Assembly (NCBI GenBank): GCA_934141535.1
Contig: CAKPCH010000006.1
Location: forward strand, 3,434 to 67,433
DNA: 64,000 nt
Direction of reading: 5' to 3'
From: an uncultured Bacilli bacterium
GTDB lineage: Bacteria > Bacillota_I > Bacilli_A > RF39 > UBA660
The position numbers and the translations under genes were made by a program. A model generated the notes under the pieces. That model made no database searches and was not told where the DNA came from. It saw only the letters and a list, made by a program, of their open reading frames with translations. Positions 10,755 through 19,900 of this stretch are shown piece by piece (position 1 is the stretch's first letter; every line of letters begins with the position of its first letter).

Positions 10755-11288
10755 CTATTTTCTATAAAATATACTTAATACTTTAGCAAATTTATATAAA
10801 ATATCATTACTCTTATTTATAGCAAATCCTTTTTCTAAAGCCTTACCACCTATAGTAAGTGAAGAAATTAATCCAACAGTAAAAAGAGTTATCAAAAGAC
10901 TATTAAAACCTGTTATGGATGCTAATTTAATAGATATAACAGCACCTGCAGAACCTGATACAATTCCACATATATCGCCAACTACATCATTACAAAAACT
11001 AGATACCTTATCAGCATTCTTCTTTAATTTAATAGCAAGACTAGCACCTTTAATCTTATTTGCAGCCATAGCATGAAAAGGAGCCTCCTTAGCACTTGCT
11101 ACTGCAACACCAATCATATCAAAAATAACACCAATTAATATAAATGTAATAGCAAGTATTATACCAACAACTATATTTAAGTTAGGTATAACAGTTTCAG
11201 ATATAAAACTAAACATAATAGAAATAACAAACGCAAGTATTACTATTTTTATAACCCAATTATAATTAACACTATTTTTTTGCTTCAT
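10755..11288 (-). CDS. Hypothetical integral membrane protein
   Basis: 177 aa with 4-5 predicted TM helices and a Gly/Ala/Ser-rich hydrophobic segment (GDICGIVSGSAGAVISI). Confidence 0.45.
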   Translation of the reverse strand: MKQKNSVNYNWVIKIVILAFVISIMFSFISETVIPNLNIVVGIILAITFILIGVIFDMIGVAVASAKEAPFHAMAANKIKGASLAIKLKKNADKVSSFCNDVVGDICGIVSGSAGAVISIKLASITGFNSLLITLFTVGLISSLTIGGKALEKGFAINKSNDILYKFAKVLSIFYRK

Positions 11289-11457
11289 AAGCTACATCAC
11301 CTTTTTTATTATTTAATACTGTATCTTTCTGATACTTTAATCCAAATATTAATAAAATTGTAAATATTATTACAAGAATATATAAACCAATAACTATAAT
11401 ATAAGTTTTTGATTTACTCTCTTTATTAATTTCTAAAAACTCTTTATCTTCTTTCAT
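11272..11457 (-). CDS. Hypothetical small membrane protein
   Basis: 61-aa ORF with a single TM helix. Overlaps the downstream gene start by 17 nt, which suggests translational coupling. Confidence 0.3.
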   Translation of the reverse strand: MKEDKEFLEINKESKSKTYIIVIGLYILVIIFTILLIFGLKYQKDTVLNNKKGDVAYEAKK

Positions 11458-11522
11458 ATTATCACCACTATAATTTTAACATACTTTATTAAAATAAACA
11501 ATAAAAGAATCATTATGATTCT

Positions 11523-12770
11523 TTAATTTAAATAAGATATAAATTCAGCTAGAGTAGTACTAGAAAAAATAGTTTTTCTAGGTACTTTAAATTTATCTGT
11601 TTTATTAGGATATGCTCTACCATCTGTTGAATATTGACCAATAAATGCCATAGTAAATCCAGCTTTCTTTAATAAAGTTATAGCCCTTTCATTAAAGTCA
11701 AAGAATGGATATGCAAAATATTTACTACCTCCCATTTTATCTTGACTTGTTTTTAAGTCAGATAAAACTTGTTCTTCAGGTAAACAAAGAATACCTCCAC
11801 CTTGAGAACCATAACCTTTACATTCATATTGATTATGCATATTATCAGTATGAGATTCTACATCCATATAATTACTTTTTAAATTATTTGGATCTACCCA
11901 ACTAGTTATAACAAATATAGTCGCATTCACTTTATAAGCATCAAGTAAATCTAAAGCATATGGATCAAATATTGTTCCATCATCTATTGTTAATACTGCA
12001 CTCTTCTCTGGTATCTTAAGACTACCATCCAAATACATTTCTAATTCATTAAGTTTTAAAGTAAAATAATTATTTTCACTTAAATATTTAAGATGTGATT
12101 CAAATTGACTTAAACTTTGACAAATAATTTGATCACATTTATAAGTATTAGGATCATATATAAAATGATATAAAAGTGTTCTTATACTTGATTTATTTTT
12201 TAAATCAGTATTATGATTTTCATACTCTTCACTAACATTATCATGTTTTATATAAACTAATCTATCATTAAAAACAACACCATAATATTCATTATCTTTT
12301 ATTAAAACAGGAAAATCATATGATTTATTTATAGTATATAATATATTCTTATCCTCATCATAAAATGTAGTCATATCACTAGTTTTTATATTAATATTAA
12401 AAGGAATATAATTCTTATATCTATAACTGAAACTAAACTCTTTCATCTGTTCTACATCATTATATGATATATAAAATCCTAAATCCTTAATTAAAAAATA
12501 TTTAGTATTCTTATCTATATCTAAAGAGTCCAAATATAGATTTACATCTTTACTTATACTACCAATCTTTTTATATTCATTATCAACTAAATCATATAAA
12601 TCAGTCTCTTTAGTAGTCTTAACAAATTGATTATAATGACCTCTAATTTCACTTATTAATTTTTCTTCTTTTTTTATAGTCTCTTTTTCTTGATATTTAT
12701 AATATGATACAAAAGATATAACACCTATTATAAATATAATTAATACTATTACAAACACTTTTTTCTTCAT
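11523..12770 (-). CDS. Polysaccharide deacetylase family protein (NodB homology domain), membrane anchored
   Basis: 415 aa with an N-terminal TM helix. C-terminal NodB-like core (AVLTIDDGTIFDPYALDLLDAYKVNATIFVI...HTDNMH). Confidence 0.7.
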   Translation of the reverse strand: MKKKVFVIVLIIFIIGVISFVSYYKYQEKETIKKEEKLISEIRGHYNQFVKTTKETDLYDLVDNEYKKIGSISKDVNLYLDSLDIDKNTKYFLIKDLGFYISYNDVEQMKEFSFSYRYKNYIPFNINIKTSDMTTFYDEDKNILYTINKSYDFPVLIKDNEYYGVVFNDRLVYIKHDNVSEEYENHNTDLKNKSSIRTLLYHFIYDPNTYKCDQIICQSLSQFESHLKYLSENNYFTLKLNELEMYLDGSLKIPEKSAVLTIDDGTIFDPYALDLLDAYKVNATIFVITSWVDPNNLKSNYMDVESHTDNMHNQYECKGYGSQGGGILCLPEEQVLSDLKTSQDKMGGSKYFAYPFFDFNERAITLLKKAGFTMAFIGQYSTDGRAYPNKTDKFKVPRKTIFSSTTLAEFISYLN

Positions 12771-12866
12771 ATATTTTTCCTTCCTACTCTATATACTACA
12801 TTAAAATTATACTATAAATATTTATAAATTTAAATCCCTAATTTAATAAAAAAGAAATAGATTTTA

Positions 12867-15062
12867 CTATCTCTTATATTTATCTATAATATTTGTTATT
12901 TTATCATATTCTTTCATTAATTCTTCAAAATGATTATTTATATATTCTATATCATTTGCTTTACTTTTCATTTCTTGTTCATATGAAATCTCTGCTAATT
13001 CTTTAAACCCTAAATATTTACTATCACTCTTTAATGCATGTACATCTATCGCATAATCTTTCATATTCTCTTCTTCTTTATTTTTCTTTAATCTTGGTAT
13101 TCTTGTTTTATTCTCTTCTTTAAAGTATTCTAATGTTTCTTCATATGTTTTTATGTCTCCTAATAGTTCTAAACTATTTGTTATATCTATATTATTTTCT
13201 TTTAAATATTTTATCTTTGTTTCTTCACTATTCTCTTCTTTTTTATCTTCTTTTAATTCTTGTCCTTTTAAATATTTATTTAATACTTTATTTAATTCAT
13301 TCTTTTCTATTGGTTTACTTAAATAATCATTAAACCCTACTTCTATATATTTATTTGATACTCCACTCATCGCATCTGCTGTTAAAGCTATTACTGGTAT
13401 ATTAAATTCTTCTATTTTCTTTAATTCTTTTAATGTTTCTACTCCACTTAATTTTGGCATCATTATATCCATAAATATTATATCGTATTTATTATTTCCT
13501 TTTATTTTCTCTATACATTCATATCCACTTGATACTTGTTCTGTTTCTATTTTTCTTTCTTTTAATAATTTACTTGCTATCTTTAAATTTAAATAGTTAT
13601 CATCTACTACTAATGCTTTTGTATTTGGAAATTCTATTCTTTCTTTTATTTCTTCTTCTTTATTTATTCCTTTTTTATTTACTATTTTTTGACTTAGGAA
13701 TATTGTAAATTTGCTTCCTTTTCCATATGTTGAATCTACTACTATTTTTCCTCCCATCATACTTACTAAATTCTTTGTTATTGCTAGTCCTAATCCTGTT
13801 CCTTCTATTGTTGTATTTCTATCTTCTTCTAATCTATTAAACTTAGTAAATAATTTATCTATCTTATCACTTTTTATTCCTCTTCCTGTATCTGTTACTG
13901 ATATTACTAATTTACATATTTCTTTTTCATTTACACAACTTATTTTAAAATCTATATATCCTTTATCTGTATATTTTGCTGCATTTGTAAGTAGGTTTAA
14001 TATTACTTGTTGTACTTTTCCTTTATCTCCATATAATACACTTGGTAAATCTTTTGCAAAATCACATCTAAGTTCTATATCTTTTTCTCCTATTTTTATT
14101 TTTGTCATATTAACTAAATTAGTTAATATTTCACTTATATTATATTCACCTTCTACTAATTCCATTTTATTTGCTTCTATTTTACTTATATCTAGTATTC
14201 CATTTACTATCTCTAATAATGTATCTGAAGCACTTACTATATCACTAGCATTCTCTTTTGCTTCTTCTAATGTTTTAGAGTCTTCAATACATTCACTAAA
14301 TCCTTTAATAGCATTTAAAGGAGTACGTATTTCATGAGACATACTACTTAAGAAATCACTTTTAGCATTATTTGCCTTCTCTGCTGTATCACGGGCTAGT
14401 TCTAATTCTTGAATCATTTTTACATCTGGATTTTCTATTGTATGATACATCAGAGTTGTTATAAATGCTTCTGCTGTTGCGGTTAATAATAAACTTGGAT
14501 TTATTATTTGTATTGTCACAACACAAATGCCTAAAAATATAAAAGCAAACAATGGTATATACTTTTTATTTTTAAGGTTTTTAAAGTTGTATACCATATT
14601 AGCCAGGCAAAATAATATTAAAATTCCTGAAACTAAATATCCAAATTGAACACAGGGACCGTATGTATATAACATTACATTCCCGTCGTATTTAGGATAT
14701 ATCGGTAATATTAAAGTTGTACATACTAATATTAAGCAAATAATAATTACAGTTGCTTTATTAAGATTTGCAAATTTATTTTTTGATACATAATAAATAT
14801 ATATAGCAAAAACATATAACCATACTACAAAGTAAACCATGATTAATTTTAATGTTAATGTCTTTAAAATTTCATGTCCTACTAAATTTAAATTTATTAT
14901 AGTACTAATTATTTCAATAAATAAACCCAATAAATTTGTAATTAAAAGTATTGAATATATTTTTGTTTCTTCATTATCCACTCTTTTTCTAAAAAAATAC
15001 ATCATTGAAGTCATTAATACATAAAAAAAACTACATAAAGAAAATATCATATTACTACTCAT
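12867..15062 (-). CDS. Hybrid sensor histidine kinase with receiver and C-terminal HPt domain
   Basis: 731 aa with a multi-TM N-terminal sensor of about 7 helices. H-box SHEIRTPLNAI, HATPase_c (DTGRGI), receiver (ALVVDDNYLN...DIMMPKLSG) and an HPt-like C-terminus (DVHALKSDSKYLG). Confidence 0.85.
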   Translation of the reverse strand: MSSNMIFSLCSFFYVLMTSMMYFFRKRVDNEETKIYSILLITNLLGLFIEIISTIINLNLVGHEILKTLTLKLIMVYFVVWLYVFAIYIYYVSKNKFANLNKATVIIICLILVCTTLILPIYPKYDGNVMLYTYGPCVQFGYLVSGILILFCLANMVYNFKNLKNKKYIPLFAFIFLGICVVTIQIINPSLLLTATAEAFITTLMYHTIENPDVKMIQELELARDTAEKANNAKSDFLSSMSHEIRTPLNAIKGFSECIEDSKTLEEAKENASDIVSASDTLLEIVNGILDISKIEANKMELVEGEYNISEILTNLVNMTKIKIGEKDIELRCDFAKDLPSVLYGDKGKVQQVILNLLTNAAKYTDKGYIDFKISCVNEKEICKLVISVTDTGRGIKSDKIDKLFTKFNRLEEDRNTTIEGTGLGLAITKNLVSMMGGKIVVDSTYGKGSKFTIFLSQKIVNKKGINKEEEIKERIEFPNTKALVVDDNYLNLKIASKLLKERKIETEQVSSGYECIEKIKGNNKYDIIFMDIMMPKLSGVETLKELKKIEEFNIPVIALTADAMSGVSNKYIEVGFNDYLSKPIEKNELNKVLNKYLKGQELKEDKKEENSEETKIKYLKENNIDITNSLELLGDIKTYEETLEYFKEENKTRIPRLKKNKEEENMKDYAIDVHALKSDSKYLGFKELAEISYEQEMKSKANDIEYINNHFEELMKEYDKITNIIDKYKR

Positions 15063-15151
15063 ACATAAATACCTCCTACTTTATACTAATTACATTATAA
15101 CATAAAAAAATGTTAAAATTATATTTTTTTAACATTTTATATACTACTACT

Positions 15152-16930
15152 CTATTTTTTGATAAGTACTTTCCCCTTAAGTAATTGATAATTTTGAGTT
15201 TCTAATTCTCGATAATCGATTTTTCCAACCTGAGTCAATGGTAACTTATCTTGAATTAAATATTCTCTTGGTAAGTATCTATCACCTAGTTCTGATTTAC
15301 ACTGCTTTTCTATATCAAGTAATATTTGTGTAGAATCTACTAATGTATCTTTTTTTAATACTATATTAGCAATAGGTATTGCTCCTCTTTCATTTTCATC
15401 ATCAAATATACCTACAACACAACAGTCCTCAACATTTGGATTTTTCTTTATTATATTTTCTATTTTAAATGGAGATACTTTAATTCCATCATATCTTACT
15501 ATTATTCTTTTTAATCTACCAGTTACAAAGACTACACCGTCTTTATTTATTTTTCCTAAATCACCTGTGTGCAACCACAATTTACCATCAGAATGAACTC
15601 TTAATGCTTCACTAGTAGCTAAACTATTATTATAATATTCTTTCATTAATGTTGGTCCATATATGCAAATTTCGCCTTCTTCATCATATTTTAATTCTTT
15701 ATCAGCTTCATTATCATATATACAAAAAGTCATTTGTGGTAATGGAATACCAACACTATTTTCAACATAACATTGAGGTAGGTTTGTACTATCTGCACAT
15801 CCACCCTCTGTTTGTCCATATCCTTCAATTACTTTGTATTGACAATTATGCTGTCTTAATATTTCATTTACTTCGTTTTTATGAGCGGCATCCATCTTAT
15901 CGCTTCCACTAGCAAGTGTTTTTAAATAGGATACATCTTTTATGGTGTCTTTTTTTTCTCTAAAATTATTCCAATCTGCAGGACCTGCTACTACATGATT
16001 TATTTTATACTTCATAACATTCTTAGCGAACTTAGAAGGTTGATAATCTGGTAACATAACTATTCTCATCTTTAACATAAATGGCAAATGTGTAGCCATA
16101 ACTATGTTATAGGCTAAAAATGGAGGAACCTGATTCAAAAATTTATCATTTGGTTTAAACTCTAAGCCACAATTTTCATACTGCATATACATTGCATTAA
16201 AGTTTTCATTAGTCAAAACTACACCCTTTGGAATTCCTGTTGTACCACTTGTGTGTAATATAATAATGCCATTATTTTCAGAATATTCATCTTTGAAATA
16301 TTTTAAACTTTTCTTACCACATTTTTCAAAATCAAACCACAATTCATGCTTGTCATCAGCAGGAATATTTTTTTTGTTTTTTAATTTATATAGTTGTTTT
16401 AATACTGGTGGTAATGAATCTGATGGTGAAGCCACTATAACTTTTTTCACAAATGTTTTACTTAAAACCTCATCTACATTATCTATAAAAACGTCAGATG
16501 CTACTAAAAGTTGTGAATTAGCTTCATTTAAATATCTAATTAAATCTTCTCCACGAGCAGTCAAATCTATAGAATTAACCATCGCACCTATTTTATTTAG
16601 TGCATAGATACATATAGTATTTTCTGGAATATTAGGAAGTGCTAAAGAAACTACATCTCCTTTTTTAACACCTTTTTCTAAAAATGCATTTGCCACAGTA
16701 TCAATTTTTCCTAAAAGTTTTCCATATGAAATTCTAGTACCAAAATAATATAATGCTTCATTATCAGAATTTTCTAAACACACTTTTTTTAAAGAATCAT
16801 ATATTGTCATTCTTGGAATTTCAAAGTTGTCTAAACTTTTATAATATTTTAACCATGGCTTATCAATTGAAGCAAATCCCGTCATTTTTTTACTTTCTTC
16901 TCTATCTATTTTATAAGTTCTATTTTCCAT
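15152..16930 (-). CDS. AMP-dependent synthetase/ligase (acyl-CoA synthetase family)
   Basis: AMP-binding motif ILHTSGTTGIPKGV and a conserved C-terminal lid. The longest ORF starts at TTG (16942). An in-frame ATG at 16930 (MENRTYK) has a GGGGGA RBS 5 nt upstream and is preferred. Confidence 0.8.
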   Translation of the reverse strand: MENRTYKIDREESKKMTGFASIDKPWLKYYKSLDNFEIPRMTIYDSLKKVCLENSDNEALYYFGTRISYGKLLGKIDTVANAFLEKGVKKGDVVSLALPNIPENTICIYALNKIGAMVNSIDLTARGEDLIRYLNEANSQLLVASDVFIDNVDEVLSKTFVKKVIVASPSDSLPPVLKQLYKLKNKKNIPADDKHELWFDFEKCGKKSLKYFKDEYSENNGIIILHTSGTTGIPKGVVLTNENFNAMYMQYENCGLEFKPNDKFLNQVPPFLAYNIVMATHLPFMLKMRIVMLPDYQPSKFAKNVMKYKINHVVAGPADWNNFREKKDTIKDVSYLKTLASGSDKMDAAHKNEVNEILRQHNCQYKVIEGYGQTEGGCADSTNLPQCYVENSVGIPLPQMTFCIYDNEADKELKYDEEGEICIYGPTLMKEYYNNSLATSEALRVHSDGKLWLHTGDLGKINKDGVVFVTGRLKRIIVRYDGIKVSPFKIENIIKKNPNVEDCCVVGIFDDENERGAIPIANIVLKKDTLVDSTQILLDIEKQCKSELGDRYLPREYLIQDKLPLTQVGKIDYRELETQNYQLLKGKVLIKK

Positions 16931-16958
16931 AATATCCCCCAATCTTAATACTATTTAA

Positions 16959-16988
16959 ATTATACTATATTTAAATAAATTAAGTCAA
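16959..16988 (-). promoter_or_regulatory. Sigma-A-like promoter for the acyl-CoA ligase gene
   Basis: Minus strand: TTGACT, 18-nt spacer, TATAAT. The predicted TSS is about 20 nt upstream of the ATG at 16930 and includes the SD. Confidence 0.45.
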
Positions 16989-17063
16989 TCAATTTAATTG
17001 TGCAAATATTATACTTTTTTAATTATTTTTTTGGTAAAAATTGTACGAAATGCCCATTTTTAT

Positions 17064-17095
17064 GTATGAAAAAAGCAAGTATAAATTTACTTGCT
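17064..17095 (-). terminator. Rho-independent terminator ending the minus-strand non-coding transcript
   Basis: Perfect 9-bp stem AAGCAAGTA/TACTTGCTT with a 6-nt loop, followed on the minus strand by TTTTTT. Confidence 0.55.
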
Positions 17096-17684
17096 TTTAA
17101 TGGCGTTAATACAGTTAATTTTACGTCTTAGGTCAAGTTGGATTTCCCTAGATTAATACTTATCGTTACCAATAAGCGGTTCCCCTTTAAACAATCCAGT
17201 ATATAGTTACCTAATATACTACTTGATTACCACTTAGTACGCACTGTAATCCCATACTAACAACATTCTAGAAGATTTCCTCACCAATTAATTTATTATT
17301 AATTCTTTTTTGCAAACGATATTTCAAATTGTACTTTATGTAAGTTCTAGCTATAAACTTACTTAAAATATTAATTCAATTATCCCTATCATTCACTCAA
17401 GACAAGCTACGCTACCCATAACTTTCGCCACAAGGTAGGTTTAATCCTATTTCGTACTAAGTCCATCAGTATTCACGTATAGGCAAAACACGATAATAGG
17501 TCTCCACGGATGGTGGGTCATTTACATATGCCATTATGGATGCCCAACTATCCTCATTTCCAGCACTCACCCCAATCTGGGCGAAAGAAGCAAGCACAAG
17601 AAGTTTCACAGGTATGCTCTTTAACGGATTTTTAGCCCCGTCTTCGTAATAAATCGATTGACTAGAATAATGTGCCATCGATAT
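17096..17684 (-). ncRNA. Candidate structured non-coding RNA of unknown class (about 600 nt)
   Basis: Region between a consensus promoter and an intrinsic terminator. No ORF of 60 aa or more in any frame except one 77-aa ORF whose start lies upstream of the predicted TSS. GC content is about 40-45 percent against about 25 percent in the flanks. It contains GNRA-like loops (GCGAAAG, GGAAAUG). Confidence 0.4.
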
Positions 17685-17689
17685 CAACA

Positions 17690-17718
17690 ATTTTAGCAAA
17701 TTTTTAGATATTTGTCAA
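17690..17718 (-). promoter_or_regulatory. Consensus sigma-A promoter driving the candidate ncRNA
   Basis: Minus strand: TTGACA (17718-17713), a 17-nt spacer, then TAAAAT (17695-17690). The TSS is predicted near 17684. Confidence 0.5.
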
Positions 17719-17752
17719 ATTCACTATATTATATGAAAAAAAGTAAAATTAA

Positions 17753-18547
17753 TTACTTTTTCCATTCACTAGCCTTTATCCAGTTTTCATATTTATATAT
17801 ATGTTCAAGTAAAAGACAAGCCCACTTTTGTGATGGATAATATTTTTTAATTGCTCGTCTTTTATTTTGTACTACATCATCTGATAATTTTTCAAGAGAA
17901 TTATTTTTAAGTTCATCTTTTGTATAATACTTACCAAAATAATATAATGAATTACTCTCATTATAATCTTTAGCTAAATCAGTTATCATAACACTTGTAG
18001 CAATATGGTGCCAATGACCATATTCACCATCTAAATTATGTGTAACTATCTTTTTCCAATGTTTAAAACCAACTATTTCCTTAAGAGATCTAGAAATTTT
18101 ATATTCTATATCTCCTCCCCAGTCACTAGCATTTCCATTTGCATCTACATCAACATAATTTAACATTAAATATTTTTGATTATATGCTTCCATAATAGAT
18201 GAAAATTCTAAAGCACGTGCTTCATCACTTCCACAAGTAACACATACTACTAAATACTTGTCTTCCATTAAATGTGCTCCACCAAATATAAATTCATCAT
18301 CTGGATGAGCAACTACCATTAAATTATCTACATCAGTCAAATCCATATTTTTTAATTCTTCATTATCAATATTAATTCTCTTCTCTTTTAATTCCTGAAT
18401 TAATTTTTCTTCTTCTATTTCTAATTTATTTATTTTTTCATTTAGATTATTATTTTCTATTGTTTGAATAATTAAAACGAAAAGTAAAATTCCAACAAAA
18501 GATATTATAGTATAACTAATAAAATCTACTATGTACTTTCTATTCAT
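17753..18547 (-). CDS. PIG-L family (LmbE-like) deacetylase, membrane anchored
   Basis: 264 aa with an N-terminal TM helix and coiled coil, followed by the LmbE motif VVAHPDDEFIFGG and a His-rich zinc site. Confidence 0.7.
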   Translation of the reverse strand: MNRKYIVDFISYTIISFVGILLFVLIIQTIENNNLNEKINKLEIEEEKLIQELKEKRINIDNEELKNMDLTDVDNLMVVAHPDDEFIFGGAHLMEDKYLVVCVTCGSDEARALEFSSIMEAYNQKYLMLNYVDVDANGNASDWGGDIEYKISRSLKEIVGFKHWKKIVTHNLDGEYGHWHHIATSVMITDLAKDYNESNSLYYFGKYYTKDELKNNSLEKLSDDVVQNKRRAIKKYYPSQKWACLLLEHIYKYENWIKASEWKK

Positions 18548-19022
18548 TGTTAATCTCCTTATCTACTAAATCTATCATATTGGAAGTATTACTTTTAAAT
18601 TTTTTAGGTTTAAATTTAGTGGTTTGTTCTATTAACTTATCAATATCATTAAAATTATCTAATTTTAATATATATCCTTCTTTTTCAAAATTATCTATTA
18701 TTTGTAATTGATGATCATTTACATGTTCATTATATTTACTTAAACGTGCTGCAGCTATTACTTTTTTATTATTCTTTAATCCTGTAATTATAGATCCTAC
18801 ACCGCCATGAGTTATTAAAATATCACATTTTTTAATCAAATCATCAAACTCATCCATTGGTATTAAATCAAATATTTTCATACTCTTTGATTTAAAATCA
18901 GAAGAACACCCAGCTTGTACAATAACTTCATCTCTTATTAGATGTTGATTTATTTTATCTTCAAGTGTTTCTAATAATCTATAAAACTTTTTATCTTGTG
19001 TACCAAGTGTTACTAAAATCAT
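18540..19022 (-). CDS. Alg13-like glycosyltransferase subunit (GT28 C-terminal domain; Cps14G/EpsF-like)
   Basis: The probable true start is the internal Met (MILVTLGTQDKKFY), which is typical of Alg13-like proteins. ITHGGVGSI motif. Meets the upstream gene at an ATGA-type junction. Confidence 0.6.
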   Translation of the reverse strand: MILVTLGTQDKKFYRLLETLEDKINQHLIRDEVIVQAGCSSDFKSKSMKIFDLIPMDEFDDLIKKCDILITHGGVGSIITGLKNNKKVIAAARLSKYNEHVNDHQLQIIDNFEKEGYILKLDNFNDIDKLIEQTTKFKPKKFKSNTSNMIDLVDKEINNE

Positions 19023-19900
19023 TAAAAAATCCAACCTCCATATACTGCTTTTGGATATAGTTCTAACATGCTTTCCCATTGAACTATAAATGTATCTGCT
19101 ATAGGATATACTAATTTACCAGCTACAGTCTTAGTAGAACTATTAGCAAACGTTTCTATAAATATAACTTTACTACCAAATAAATGTGCTATATAACACA
19201 TAGGTACTGCTGTATGTGTACCTGTTGTTACTACTACATCTGGTCTAATTCTTAAATATAATATAAAAGATTTTATTATATTAAATGAAAATATGAAAAA
19301 ATAAGTAAATAAATTTTTCTTTGTACCATATACTAAATAACTAACATTATTATATTTATCTTTTAAATTCTTATTAGATTTAGTTTTTTCAGTAATTAAA
19401 TAACTATCATATTTTTCTATTAAAGGTTTTAATTGTAATAATTCATTTAAGTGTCCACCAGTACTTGATATAAATATAACTCTTTTTTTATCTCTTTTAC
19501 TAAATACTAAGAATTTAGAAAATAAATAATTTAATACAAGGACAATAACTTGAACTATTAGTTTAGATATTTTATCATTTACACCAAATAGTGTAACTAA
19601 TATAAACATAGTTAACATATCTATTATAAGTGTTGAAAGACGTGCGAATAAAAATGAAATAAATTTATTCTTTTCAGAATAAGAAAATACAAATTTCTTA
19701 TTAGCAAAATAAGCAAAAATAACAGCACATATAAATGATATAATGTTTGCTAATTGTAATTGTAAAGCATTATTTGGATTTAAAAATGTTTTAACACATA
19801 AATAATATGTACCCAAACTTACAACTGTTGTAAATCCACCAACTATTACATATTTAATTAATTCTTCATATTTTTTATATAATTTAATTATTCTTTTCAT
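19022..19900 (-). CDS. GtrA-family membrane domain fused to Alg14-like glycosyltransferase anchor subunit
   Basis: 292 aa. The N-terminal 130 aa carry 4 TM helices of GtrA type (IKYVIVGGFTTVVSLGTYYL). The C-terminal half is Alg14-like (IFISSTGGHLNELLQL...VVVTTGTHTAVPM). Confidence 0.55.
   Translation of the reverse strand: MKRIIKLYKKYEELIKYVIVGGFTTVVSLGTYYLCVKTFLNPNNALQLQLANIISFICAVIFAYFANKKFVFSYSEKNKFISFLFARLSTLIIDMLTMFILVTLFGVNDKISKLIVQVIVLVLNYLFSKFLVFSKRDKKRVIFISSTGGHLNELLQLKPLIEKYDSYLITEKTKSNKNLKDKYNNVSYLVYGTKKNLFTYFFIFSFNIIKSFILYLRIRPDVVVTTGTHTAVPMCYIAHLFGSKVIFIETFANSSTKTVAGKLVYPIADTFIVQWESMLELYPKAVYGGWIF

Noticed and set aside
13133-15024. Several plus-strand ORFs (13133-13333, 13711-14337, 14839-15024) inside the hybrid kinase gene
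   Set aside because: Antisense to a strongly supported CDS. Leu/Ile/Phe-rich translations characteristic of reverse frames in AT-rich DNA.
17096-17684. Identity of the ncRNA as RNase P, tmRNA, SRP RNA, group II intron or OLE
   Set aside because: I could not find the RNase P P4 motif, the tmRNA 3' acceptor or tag frame, SRP domain IV, or a group II domain V hairpin by eye. The neighbourhood is not the conserved oapA context of OLE. The class is left open.
17466-17699. 77-aa ORF within the candidate ncRNA
   Set aside because: Its start codon lies upstream of the predicted -10 element, so it cannot be translated from the mapped promoter. The region continues as GC-rich non-coding sequence for 370 nt to the terminator. 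Retained only as an alternative (70-aa near-leaderless peptide) in the finding.
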